Position numbers and translations under genes: made by a program. A stretch of DNA of 64,000 nucleotides from an uncultured bacterium. GTDB lineage: Bacteria; Babelota; Babeliae; Babelales; Vermiphilaceae. Location: assembly GCA_963836585.1 (NCBI GenBank), contig CAWIJV010000003.1, forward strand, positions 432,761-496,760, in the 5' to 3' direction. The notes under the pieces are model-generated. The model was not told where the DNA came from. It ran no database searches and saw only the letters and a list, made by a program, of their open reading frames with translations. This document shows positions 1-9,056 of the stretch, piece by piece; position 1 is the first letter of the stretch, and every line of letters starts with the position of its first letter.

Positions 1-1
1 T

Positions 2-1549
2 GTGGCGCATGCTTCTGCCATGAAAGATGCGCAAAAAGCGATTGATCGCATCCTCAAAGCGATTGCTGACAAAGAAAAGATTTTAATATTTGGCGATTAT
101 GATGTTGATGGTATCACTTCATCAGCATTGATGATGATCAGTTTGCTGCCGCTGGGCGCTGACGTAAACTTTTTTTTACCACATCGGGTGCGTGATGGCT
201 ATGGCATCTCAAGCAAAATTGTTGAGCGGGCTGCGCAAAATGGGTACACCTTAATTGTGACGGTGGATAATGGCATCACCGCGTTTGATCCGGCGCTCAA
301 AGCAAAAGAACTGGGCATCGATCTGATTATCACCGATCATCATAAGCCGCATGATCATCTGCCTGAAGCATATGCGATTGTGAATCCCAATCAACTCGAT
401 TGTGCGTATCCATTTAAATCTTTGGCCGGTGTAGGTGTGAGTTTTAAACTGCTTTCATTGCTCTATGAAATAAAAGGATTGCAGTTGCCCACCAAGGCGT
501 ATGAGCTTCTGCTGCTGGGCACTATTGCCGATGTGGTGCCGCTGCTGGGAGAAAATAGATTTTGGGTGCGCTATGGCCTGAACTATGTGAACACGTATGA
601 AAGTTTGTCACTCAAGATGCTCAAGCAAAATGGCAAGGTTACCAAGCCACGCTTATCAGCGACCGATATTGGATTTTTCATCGCGCCGCAAATTAATGCA
701 CTCGGGCGTTTGGAAGATGCGCGGCAGGGGGTAAAATTCTTAATTGGATCTGATCAGCAGATTGTAAAAGAAGTGGGCGCGGTGTTGCTCGAACTCAATC
801 AAGCGCGCAAAGAGATTGAGCGTGGCATTGTTGCCGGGATCGAGGCAGAGATTGCAACCAAAACGATCGATCTTGCGCGTGATCAGATTATTCTTTCTGC
901 CAGCGCCGATTGGCAGCCGGGCGTTATCGGCTTGGTGGCATCTCGCTTTGTGGGTGCGTATGGCAAGCCCACCTTGCTATTCCATCTTACCAAAGATGGC
1001 ATGGCAAAAGGATCGTGCCGATCAATTCCGGAATTCAATATGTTTCAGGCGCTGGGCGCGTGCGCGGATCTGATTGAGCAGTTTGGCGGGCACCCGATGG
1101 CGGCCGGCTTAAGTTTGCCGGCAAAAAATTTACCGCTCCTCAAAGAGCGATTGCAGCAGTTGCTTTTGCAGCAGGTGAGTGTGGAAGATCTGCAACCAAA
1201 AGTGACGCTCGATGCGGAAGTGAAGTTGCCCGATCTTACCAAAAAATTTACCGATGATTTGCATCATCTGGAGCCGTTTGGCAATCAAAATAGCCAGCCC
1301 GGGTTTTATGTAAAAGATGCGGTGATGGTGCAAAAACCAACCATGCTTAAAGATGCACATGTAAAATGCTCAGTCTTTGCTGATGGGATTATCAAGCCGC
1401 TTATCTTTTTTAATCGGCCGGAACTGTATCAGCAGCTGCATGATATTGGCTCCGATTCATTTGACTTGGCAGTAAATGTGAGCGAAAATCACTGGAATGG
1501 AAAAGTTTCCATTGAGTTGCTGGGTATTGATATAGCGTTTAAAGGCTGA
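2..1549 (+). CDS. recJ: single-stranded-DNA-specific exonuclease RecJ (N-terminus truncated by window edge)
   Basis: DHH phosphoesterase motifs (GDYDVDG, ITDHH) and DHHA1-like C-terminal region in the translated ORF. Confidence 0.85.
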   Translation: MAHASAMKDAQKAIDRILKAIADKEKILIFGDYDVDGITSSALMMISLLPLGADVNFFLPHRVRDGYGISSKIVERAAQNGYTLIVTVDNGITAFDPALKAKELGIDLIITDHHKPHDHLPEAYAIVNPNQLDCAYPFKSLAGVGVSFKLLSLLYEIKGLQLPTKAYELLLLGTIADVVPLLGENRFWVRYGLNYVNTYESLSLKMLKQNGKVTKPRLSATDIGFFIAPQINALGRLEDARQGVKFLIGSDQQIVKEVGAVLLELNQARKEIERGIVAGIEAEIATKTIDLARDQIILSASADWQPGVIGLVASRFVGAYGKPTLLFHLTKDGMAKGSCRSIPEFNMFQALGACADLIEQFGGHPMAAGLSLPAKNLPLLKERLQQLLLQQVSVEDLQPKVTLDAEVKLPDLTKKFTDDLHHLEPFGNQNSQPGFYVKDAVMVQKPTMLKDAHVKCSVFADGIIKPLIFFNRPELYQQLHDIGSDSFDLAVNVSENHWNGKVSIELLGIDIAFKG

Positions 1550-1575
1550 CGCCTTTAAATTTACAAGGAGATTTT

Positions 1576-1824
1576 ATGACTAATAAAACAAATTTATTAA
1601 AACGCATTGTGATTAATCCAAAAATTATGGTGGGCAAACCCACCATTGCCGGCACCCGACTGACGGTGCAATTTATTTTGCGCCTTCTTGCCCAAGGCAT
1701 GACTACCCAGGAAATTCTTGATGAATACAAAGGATTGACTCTAGAAGATATTCAAGCGTGTTTATTTTTTGCCACTGAAGCTCTTGATAGTAGTTCTTTT
1801 GTGCCTTTGACTGTGGAAAGCTAG
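1576..1824 (+). CDS. DUF433-family small protein (antitoxin-like partner of the next gene)
   Basis: 82 aa. The motif INPKIMVGKPTIAGTRLTV...ILDEY is typical of the DUF433 family. RBS aaggag upstream. A 4-nt gap separates it from the next ORF. Confidence 0.7.
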   Translation: MTNKTNLLKRIVINPKIMVGKPTIAGTRLTVQFILRLLAQGMTTQEILDEYKGLTLEDIQACLFFATEALDSSSFVPLTVES

Positions 1825-1828
1825 TCTC

Positions 1829-2194
1829 ATGAGATTTATGATTGATGAATGTGTGGGACCGACTATTGCTGAGTGGTTAAAATTAATGGGTCATGATGTG
1901 ATTTCTTCATATGATGCGATGCGAGGTTTTGCTGATGATGAGGTGCTGAAGAAAGCATGTCATGAAAATCGCATTGTTATTACCAGCGATAAAGATTTTG
2001 GTGATCTGGTTTTTCGACAAAATATGGACCATTGTGGTGTAATTTTGCTTCGCTTAATTGACGAACGGCCTTCGCAAAAGATGAAAGTGATCCGTGATGC
2101 TTTGGATAATTACTCAAAAAGTCTAGATGGCAATTTTTTAGTGGTTACTGAAACATCTGTTCGGATAGTAACAGCGCAAAATCAAAGAAGTTAA
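1829..2194 (+). CDS. DUF5615/PIN-like small protein (toxin-like partner of DUF433)
   Basis: 121 aa, MRFMIDECVG...VITSDKDFGDL pattern resembles DUF5615 (PIN-like fold) that commonly follows DUF433 genes. Confidence 0.55.
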   Translation: MRFMIDECVGPTIAEWLKLMGHDVISSYDAMRGFADDEVLKKACHENRIVITSDKDFGDLVFRQNMDHCGVILLRLIDERPSQKMKVIRDALDNYSKSLDGNFLVVTETSVRIVTAQNQRS

Positions 2195-2204
2195 TGGGAT
2201 TATA

Positions 2205-2891
2205 ATGATCATTACTATCGATGGGCCATCGGTGAGTGGCAAAACAACCGTTGCCCGCATGTTGGCGCGGCATTTGCAGTATCAGTATCTTGCCTCCGGA
2301 CTATTATTTCGTGGATTGGCGTACGCATTAACGCATGCATTGCATTACACTGAATCTACACTGGCCCATGCCACTTTTGATGATATTGCCGCAGCGCTAT
2401 CGCCGCAGATTTTTAAGTATGAATATTCTTGCCAAGTGGGCGAGCGATTATTTTTCAAGGGCACTGATATCACGGCGCTCTTGGCGGATGAGAAAATTGG
2501 TATGGGTGCTTCATTGATCGGTTCCAATCCTTTTGCGCGCGCCGGATTGGCAGCGCTGCAACATGCTATTGCGGATAATAAAAATACCGTGACTGACGGC
2601 CGCGATGCTGGTTCAGTTATTTTTCCGTGCGCCGCATTTAAATTTTTTTTGACTGCCTCCTTGGAGGAGCGGGCCATGCGTTGGCAAAAAAATCAGCAGG
2701 CAAAGGGCAGGGCGATCAGCATTGAGCAGGCCCACAGTGAAATTAGCGAGCGGGATGCACGCGATAGCAATCGGCCGGTGGCGCCGCTGCGCGTGCCTGA
2801 AGGAGCGGTGATTATTGATAGCTCCGGCTTGCGTGCAGAGCAGGTTTTGCAAAAAATGTTGGATGTTATTGAGAATAAACCGTCCGCCTAA
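2205..2891 (+). CDS. cmk: cytidylate kinase
   Basis: P-loop ITIDGPSVSGKTT at N-terminus and overall CMP kinase-like organisation. Confidence 0.85.
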   Translation: MIITIDGPSVSGKTTVARMLARHLQYQYLASGLLFRGLAYALTHALHYTESTLAHATFDDIAAALSPQIFKYEYSCQVGERLFFKGTDITALLADEKIGMGASLIGSNPFARAGLAALQHAIADNKNTVTDGRDAGSVIFPCAAFKFFLTASLEERAMRWQKNQQAKGRAISIEQAHSEISERDARDSNRPVAPLRVPEGAVIIDSSGLRAEQVLQKMLDVIENKPSA

Positions 2892-3068
2892 GCGAACGGT
2901 TTATGTAAATTCTCGGCGAGTTTACGAGCCGATTCTAGTAATTATATTCAGTATCATCATACTGATAATCCGGCGTAGCCGGATGACATTTCATGCACCG
3001 AGGAATTGGGCGGTTCCAGCAACAGCCGGGCGCCAGCAATAGTGCGGCGAGTGCAAAAAAAACCGCTT

Positions 3069-3695
3069 TCATCGTTCATCATCAGGTATCAAGTGATGGA
3101 ACACATAGGATGCCACAAACGCGCCCAAGAGGCCGCCCGCAACATATAATCCTACATTTTTCCAGACGACAGCAACCCCTTTGAATAGGCCCAAAAGATT
3201 GGCGCCTACGGAGATTGCCGGGTTAAACAAGCCACCCGAAATTGGGCCGCCGACCATGCCGAGTGCCGGAATGGTAAAACCGATAACAAATCCGGCAGCA
3301 GTGCTGGCGCGGAATCGTTTGGTGTGCATTACTACCAGTACCACTAGAGCAAAGACAAATGCCAGTAATACCTCAACGATAAACGCTTGGAGGAATGTGG
3401 CACTCGCATTTGGAGTTGGGATAGACACCTGGCCCACAAGGAAGAGCGCCAGTGAATAGGCGGCAAGACCGCCCAGAACTTGGGCGCAAATGTAGCGCAA
3501 GCATTGCTGCCAGCTCATTTTACCCGCAAGGGCCGTGGCAAAAGAAACGACCGGATTATAGTGTGCACCCGATACTGAGGCGCCAATATAGATCCAGGCC
3601 ATCAGCATGGTGGCAACGGCAAGAGGATTTGAGGTGACGGCAAAGGCAAGCACCAAGAATAAGGTGCCCAAAAACTCTATTATCATTCTCTTCAT
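3069..3695 (-). CDS. aquaporin / MIP-family channel
   Basis: Two NPx motifs (HYNPVVS and FNPAIS) in a 6-TM protein of 208 aa. Confidence 0.85.
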   Translation of the reverse strand: MKRMIIEFLGTLFLVLAFAVTSNPLAVATMLMAWIYIGASVSGAHYNPVVSFATALAGKMSWQQCLRYICAQVLGGLAAYSLALFLVGQVSIPTPNASATFLQAFIVEVLLAFVFALVVLVVMHTKRFRASTAAGFVIGFTIPALGMVGGPISGGLFNPAISVGANLLGLFKGVAVVWKNVGLYVAGGLLGAFVASYVFHHLIPDDER

Positions 3696-3764
3696 ACAAA
3701 ACTCCTTTGGTTATATGTTGAAAAAAAGAAATAATAACAGATCTGAATTTAGTCAGGCTTTTGG

Positions 3765-3965
3765 GTTTTAGTCAAGAGTGGATTCGATACAACGCCTTCG
3801 GCGTCACTCACCACGAACGGAAAAAACCGTTCGCCCCCGACTTTGCCAAGGCTTCGTCGGGCAGGCTGAGTTTGGCGTACCTGTCCTCCGTAGCTTTATG
3901 CGTAGGAGGATCGAAGGGGCGATGTAGTACAGGAGCCTTAAAGATGCCGGGTGGCACCCCCAAGA
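3765..3965. repeat. GC-rich palindromic intergenic repeat block (member of dispersed family, contains reverse-complement of the 16-mer CCGTTCGTGGTGAGTG)
   Basis: cactcaccacgaacgg at 3805-3820 is the reverse complement of the 16-mer found at ~51000 and ~55372. Also carries palindromes such as tcgatacaacgccttcggcgtc. Confidence 0.5.
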
Positions 3966-4006
3966 CTCCTATGACTTGTAGCGTTTATGCAACGCTAAGC
4001 GTGTGG

Positions 4007-4312
4007 TTAGTTGATTTGGTTGCCTTGTTCGTCGAAGCAGCCTTTGTAAACAGGATACGCTTCGATTTCTTCAACCTTACCTTCACATGGTTCATATTCC
4101 AAGTGACAAACTTGCTTGTAATAACCAGGGTGGTCGCAAGTTTTACGGATTCTCACTGGCTCTGGCGCTAATTTACAGCCAGTTGCACATGAGCGCTTAG
4201 GCGCACATGACTTTTTGCAACATCCGTTGCCAAAGAATCCACCAAATGAGGTTAAAGAAACAAACAACAACATAACCGCAGCGATACGCGCTGCATTAAT
4301 GAAGGTCTTCAT
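4007..4312 (-). CDS. small Cys-rich secreted protein, paralog A (signal peptide + ~10 Cys)
   Basis: N-terminus MKTFINAARIAAVMLLFVSLT is identical to the gene at 4529-4912. Cys-rich mature part. The 5' region and upstream ~70 bp are nearly identical between the two copies. Confidence 0.6.
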   Translation of the reverse strand: MKTFINAARIAAVMLLFVSLTSFGGFFGNGCCKKSCAPKRSCATGCKLAPEPVRIRKTCDHPGYYKQVCHLEYEPCEGKVEEIEAYPVYKGCFDEQGNQIN

Positions 4313-4482
4313 ACCTTCTCCTTTATTAAAGGGTTAATGAATATTTCTACTTTTATACTATAAGAAAAAGGCCTCACATTGCAATAATTTTGTTACAAAT
4401 AGAAAATAAACAGGGTAAAAGGGATCAAAAAGGGCTAAAATGGGGTAAATAAAGGCTTTTTTGGCTGTTTTGGACAACAGAA

Positions 4483-4504
4483 AGCCCAGGCAGAAGCCTG
4501 GGCT
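4483..4504. terminator. perfect 9-bp stem hairpin between the two Cys-rich paralogs (possible terminator/insulator)
   Basis: agcccaggc-agaa-gcctgggct. There is no clean U-tract, hence low confidence. Confidence 0.3.
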
Positions 4505-4528
4505 TCGAGCTTGTAAAATCAGGGTGTT

Positions 4529-4912
4529 TTACTTGCTACGGCTGTATGATTTTGGAACGCGTACGTCGATTTGAACATCGTTGGTGTATGCTGCGCTGTC
4601 TGAATTCATCATTGAACGTCCGCCGTTCATAGGATTACCTTGTTCATCGAAGCAACCTTTAAAGATTGGCATCGCGGTAATTTCTTCAACTTTACCTTCG
4701 CAAGGTTCGTACTCTAAGTGACAAACTTGCTTATAGTAACCTGGGTGATCACAGGTTTTACGGATTTTAACCGGTTCTGGTGATAATTTGCAACCAGTTG
4801 AGCATGAACGTTTAGGCGCGCACGCTTTTTTGCAGCAACCTGCAACCGCGGTTAATGAAACAAACAACAGCATAACAACAGCGATACGCGCTGCATTAAT
4901 GAAGGTCTTCAT
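4529..4912 (-). CDS. small Cys-rich lipoprotein-like protein, paralog B (lipobox-like LTAVAGCC)
   Basis: MKTFINAARIAVVMLLFVSLTAVAGCCKK... Signal peptide is followed by a Cys-Cys and a conserved Cys framework shared with paralog A. Confidence 0.6.
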   Translation of the reverse strand: MKTFINAARIAVVMLLFVSLTAVAGCCKKACAPKRSCSTGCKLSPEPVKIRKTCDHPGYYKQVCHLEYEPCEGKVEEITAMPIFKGCFDEQGNPMNGGRSMMNSDSAAYTNDVQIDVRVPKSYSRSK

Positions 4913-5050
4913 ACCTTCTCCTTTTATAAGAGGTTAGTGAAACTATACATTTCTACTAACATCATAAGAGATATGAAGCCTATTTTTCAATAGATTATTC
5001 AAATAGAATTAAAAAATGTGAACAAAATGGGCTAAAGTACGGGACTTTTA

Positions 5051-7441
5051 TTACTTTTTACGGCTCTTTCTCTTGTGCTTTTTTGACGCCCGCTTTATGC
5101 GGGTTAGTGGAGAGGTGGCAAAAGAGGCGTTTAATACCTCGTCCATCGTGTTGGCGTAGACAATGGTGAGATCCTTGAGGTTGATCTCTTTGCTCATTTC
5201 CTGGATATCATCAGCATTTTCGAATGGAATGATCACCGTTTTAATCTCGTGTTGCTTGGCGGCTAGCAGTTTTTCCTTGAGTCCGCCGATAGCCAAAACA
5301 CGGCCTTGCAGAGTAATCTCCCCCGTCATGGCCAGATCAGCAAGAATTGGCTTCTTGGTGAGCGCTGAAACAATCGCGGTGCAGATGCCAATACCGGCCG
5401 AGGGGCCATCTTTGGGCGTTGCGCCTTCAGGAATATGGATATGGATATCTTTGTGTGAATAGAATGAATCTTTAAGCCCCAGCTGCTGAGCCCGTGAGCG
5501 AATATAGCTTAATGCTGCATGAGCAGATTCTTGCATCACATCACCCAGTTGTCCGGTGAGGGTGAGAGCCCCCTTGCCCGGGAGAACCGTTGTTTCAATC
5601 TCCATCACATCGCCCCCCATCTCAGTCCAGGCAAGCCCGGTAACAATGCCCACCTTATCTTTGGTGAGATTGAGGCTGGTCTTTTTGAATTTCGGGTTAC
5701 CCAGCCATTCTTTAACCAGCGCATCGGTGACCACAATCGTTTCCCGTTTTGCATCTTTGAGCAGTATCTGAATTGCTTTGCGCATCAGTTTTGCCAGGGT
5801 GCGCTCCAGTTGGCGTACACCCGCTTCTTTGGTGTATTGATTAATGACCATGTGCAAAATATCGGTACTAATATGAAACTGCTCGGGAGTGAGGCCATAT
5901 TCATCAAGATTTTTGGGGATAAGAAAGTCGAGCGCGATCGCCGCCTTTTCTGCTTCGGTGTAGCCTGAAAGGCTGATAATTTCCATCCGATCAAACAGGG
6001 GATAGGGAATCCCTTCTAAGGTGTTGGCTGTCGCGATAAACATCACCTTTGAAAGATCATATTCCATATCCATAAAGTGATCCACAAAGCTTTTATTTTG
6101 TTCCGGATCAAGCACTTCCAGGAGTGCTGAGGCCGGATCACCATGCATATCCCGGCTCATCTTATCGATCTCATCCAGGAGGATCACCGCATTGATGGTC
6201 TTAGCTTTTTTCATCGCTTGAATAATTTTGCCCGGCAGAGCCCCAATATAGGTTCTGCGGTGGCCGCGAATTTCTGCTTCATCCTTGATGCCACCCAGCG
6301 AAATACGCACAAATTCACGATCAAGGCTTTCGGCAATTGAGGAGGCCAGGGAGGTTTTACCCACTCCCGGAGGGCCCACGAGGCAGATAATCGGTGCTCG
6401 ATTCATATTTTTTGAGAACTTTTTGGCAGCCAGAAATTCGATGATGCGCTCTTTGGGCTTTAAAAGGCCCGCATGCCGTTTATTGAGAATTTTTTCAGCC
6501 TGAGCCAAGCTGATGGCATCTTTGCTCATCGTATTCCAGGGCAAAGAGAGGATCCAATCAATATAGTTTCGGCTTACCACTGCTTCTGATGAAAGAGGAG
6601 GCATCTGCTCCAAACGGCGCAGTTCTTTGTCGATCTTTTCTTCTGCTTCAGCCGATAGGCCTAATGTTTTAGCTTTTGTGCGCAAAGCAGCGATCTCAAG
6701 GGAGAGATCTTCACGCCCCAACTCTTTTTGAATTGCCTTAATCTGCTCAGTTAAGTAATACTCTTTTTGATTTTTTTCAACCGAGGTCTGAATGCGGCCG
6801 CGGATGCGTTGCTCTGTCTGAAGAATTTCAATCTCTTTCGTGAGAAATGAGCAGACGGTAAACATGCGCTGTTGTAAATCGGGTGTCTCCAGAATGTGCT
6901 GGCGATTTTCCAAGGAAAGATTTCTAATTTGTACGGCGATGGTATCGGTAATATTATCGATATCTTGAGGAGACTTCACGTTATTAGTTAAGTCTGCGGG
7001 CGCTTTTTCATTAAGGCGGGAATAATCAGTATATAATCCATTCAGTTGCCGCCAGAGCGCTTCCAGCTCCAGTGTATCTTCATTGCTGGTGGTGGGGATA
7101 TCTTGGCAGTGAGCGATGATGAAGCCATTATAATGCTCGGAGCGTACCATCTTGGCCCGGCAAATACCTTCGGCCAGGAGCTTAAGGGAACCATTGGGCA
7201 GGCGCATCACTTCTAAGATGGCGGATCGAGTGCCATACTCGAAGACATCCAGCTCAGCAGGATTTTCTGTTTTGGGATCTCTTTGACTGGTGATAAAGAG
7301 GGATTGCTGGTTTTTGAGTGCAAAACCGACCGCATCGATAGAGGTAGGGCGGCCTACAATAATAGGAATAATGCTTTTGGGCAGCATCACCACATTTTTT
7401 AGGGGAAGGAGCGGAAGGGGATTGATTATTTGCGGTTCCAT
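5051..7441 (-). CDS. lon: ATP-dependent Lon protease
   Basis: N-terminal LON domain, Walker A GPPGVGKTS, C-terminal proteolytic domain with PKDGPSAG serine site. Confidence 0.9.
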   Translation of the reverse strand: MEPQIINPLPLLPLKNVVMLPKSIIPIIVGRPTSIDAVGFALKNQQSLFITSQRDPKTENPAELDVFEYGTRSAILEVMRLPNGSLKLLAEGICRAKMVRSEHYNGFIIAHCQDIPTTSNEDTLELEALWRQLNGLYTDYSRLNEKAPADLTNNVKSPQDIDNITDTIAVQIRNLSLENRQHILETPDLQQRMFTVCSFLTKEIEILQTEQRIRGRIQTSVEKNQKEYYLTEQIKAIQKELGREDLSLEIAALRTKAKTLGLSAEAEEKIDKELRRLEQMPPLSSEAVVSRNYIDWILSLPWNTMSKDAISLAQAEKILNKRHAGLLKPKERIIEFLAAKKFSKNMNRAPIICLVGPPGVGKTSLASSIAESLDREFVRISLGGIKDEAEIRGHRRTYIGALPGKIIQAMKKAKTINAVILLDEIDKMSRDMHGDPASALLEVLDPEQNKSFVDHFMDMEYDLSKVMFIATANTLEGIPYPLFDRMEIISLSGYTEAEKAAIALDFLIPKNLDEYGLTPEQFHISTDILHMVINQYTKEAGVRQLERTLAKLMRKAIQILLKDAKRETIVVTDALVKEWLGNPKFKKTSLNLTKDKVGIVTGLAWTEMGGDVMEIETTVLPGKGALTLTGQLGDVMQESAHAALSYIRSRAQQLGLKDSFYSHKDIHIHIPEGATPKDGPSAGIGICTAIVSALTKKPILADLAMTGEITLQGRVLAIGGLKEKLLAAKQHEIKTVIIPFENADDIQEMSKEINLKDLTIVYANTMDEVLNASFATSPLTRIKRASKKHKRKSRKK

Positions 7442-7602
7442 GGGGCCTCATAGTCTTTTAAAATCAATATGATTTTATCATAAGAGAAGGGGATTGTCTT
7501 TAGCTATTCGATATTTCTTTTTACAAATCATTAATCTTTTGATAGGCTTTAGCTGTTGTTTGTAATCATTTACCTATTCCTATCTTTCTTCTTTTTAAAG
7601 GG

Positions 7603-8994
7603 TTGCATGCTATGCTAGCGAAAGCTTCTCATTATGGTACTTCTTTTTTAAAAGCCTGGTTTGGCGATTTTAAGCGAGAAGAACTTAAAAAATTTCTTAA
7701 GTTAGGCACTATTTTTGCCTTTGTTATTGGAGTCTATTGGACGCTCCGTCCTTTAAAAGACTCCATTTTTAGTTCTATGGCCCATGCTGATAATCAGCCG
7801 TACGCCAAGTTGGTCTCTTTGGTTGTTTTGTTCCCCATGGTAATGATCTACAGCAAATTAGTAGACAGTGTTGCACGCCATAAGTTGTTTTATATTATTG
7901 GCAGCGCCTATTGTGTTGGCACCGTGATTTTGGGCTGTCTATTCATGCATCCAACCATTGGCTTGGCTAATACCACCGTTGATGCGCATCGTTGGATCGC
8001 GTGGGTTTGGTATGTGTTTGTGGAAAGTTATGGATCGATCGTAGTTGCTCTTTTCTGGGCATTCGCTGCCGACATGGTGGTTCCTGAATCGGCCAAGCGT
8101 GGTTTCCCGCTCGTGGTGATGATTGGCCAGTTGGGCGCGATCTTTGGGCCTTACTTCTTTACGCCGTTGGGTAAAAAATATTTTGGCAATAGCGGACCAA
8201 CAGTGATTATCTGTGGTGGGCTTATTCTTGCTATGATGCTGGGAATCTTCTTATTTATGAAGACAACCCCAAGCAGCGAAATGGTTGGCTATCACAGCCA
8301 TGATAAGGGCGACAGCAAAAAATCTGAGCCGGGCTTCTTGGAAGGCTTATTGCTTATGCTGCGCGAGCCGTATTTGCTGGGCATTTTTGCCGTGATTAGT
8401 ATTTATGAAATTATTATTACGATTATCGATTTTAACTTTAAATACTTGGTCTTTAGCACCTTTGATACTGAAGCGCTGCGCTCAGAGTATTTGGGTGACT
8501 ATGCGGTGATGGTTAACGTTGTTTCATTCCTCTGCTTGTTGCTCGGTGTGAGCAATATTCAGCGCCGCTTGGGCATTAAAACTTCTTTGGTGATGATGCC
8601 ATTTGTTGTCTTGGCGATGGTATTAAGCTTTAAGCTGTCTCCCGTAGTGAAAGTGCTCTTCTGGATCATGGTGATTGCAAAAGCGGTTAACTATGCCTTG
8701 AATGGCCCTGCCATTAAGACGCTCTATGTGCCGACCAGCCGTGATGTGAAATATAAATCACAAGCATGGATTGAAACGTTTGGATCTCGTAGCTCAAAGG
8801 CTGCCGGTTCGGGCATTAATCTGCTCAAGAAACCGTTCCAAGGTTGGTATGGTGATGCTGCCAAAGGGTTAACAGCCTATATTGCCGTCGCTTCATATCT
8901 TTCAGTCGGGTTGCTGGGTGCATGGGTGCTGGTAGCGCTCTATCTGGGCAAAACGTATGAAAAAGCGGTTGAGCAAGATAAAGTGGTCTGCTAA
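7603..8994 (+). CDS. TLC-family nucleotide (ATP/ADP) translocase, copy 1
   Basis: 12-TM protein with TLC-like motifs (LKDSIF, FWAFAADMV). It is a tandem paralog of the next gene. Confidence 0.8.
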   Translation: MHAMLAKASHYGTSFLKAWFGDFKREELKKFLKLGTIFAFVIGVYWTLRPLKDSIFSSMAHADNQPYAKLVSLVVLFPMVMIYSKLVDSVARHKLFYIIGSAYCVGTVILGCLFMHPTIGLANTTVDAHRWIAWVWYVFVESYGSIVVALFWAFAADMVVPESAKRGFPLVVMIGQLGAIFGPYFFTPLGKKYFGNSGPTVIICGGLILAMMLGIFLFMKTTPSSEMVGYHSHDKGDSKKSEPGFLEGLLLMLREPYLLGIFAVISIYEIIITIIDFNFKYLVFSTFDTEALRSEYLGDYAVMVNVVSFLCLLLGVSNIQRRLGIKTSLVMMPFVVLAMVLSFKLSPVVKVLFWIMVIAKAVNYALNGPAIKTLYVPTSRDVKYKSQAWIETFGSRSSKAAGSGINLLKKPFQGWYGDAAKGLTAYIAVASYLSVGLLGAWVLVALYLGKTYEKAVEQDKVVC

Positions 8995-9018
8995 TATTAA
9001 AATAAGCTACAGCTAAGA

Positions 9019-9046
9019 AAAAAGGCCTTCGCAAGAAGGCCTTTTA
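9019..9046 (+). terminator. intrinsic terminator after first translocase gene
   Basis: ggcctt-cgcaag-aaggcc followed by TTTT, preceded by an A-tract. Confidence 0.6.
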
Positions 9047-9056
9047 GGTAAAGGGA

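Noticed and set aside
2335-3637. Assorted short ORFs overlapping cmk and the aquaporin gene (2335-2517, 2345-2677, 2613-2852, 2815-3042, 2993-3184, 3181-3459, 3452-3637)
   Set aside because: All are alternative-frame or antisense ORFs inside well-supported genes, with no independent evidence.
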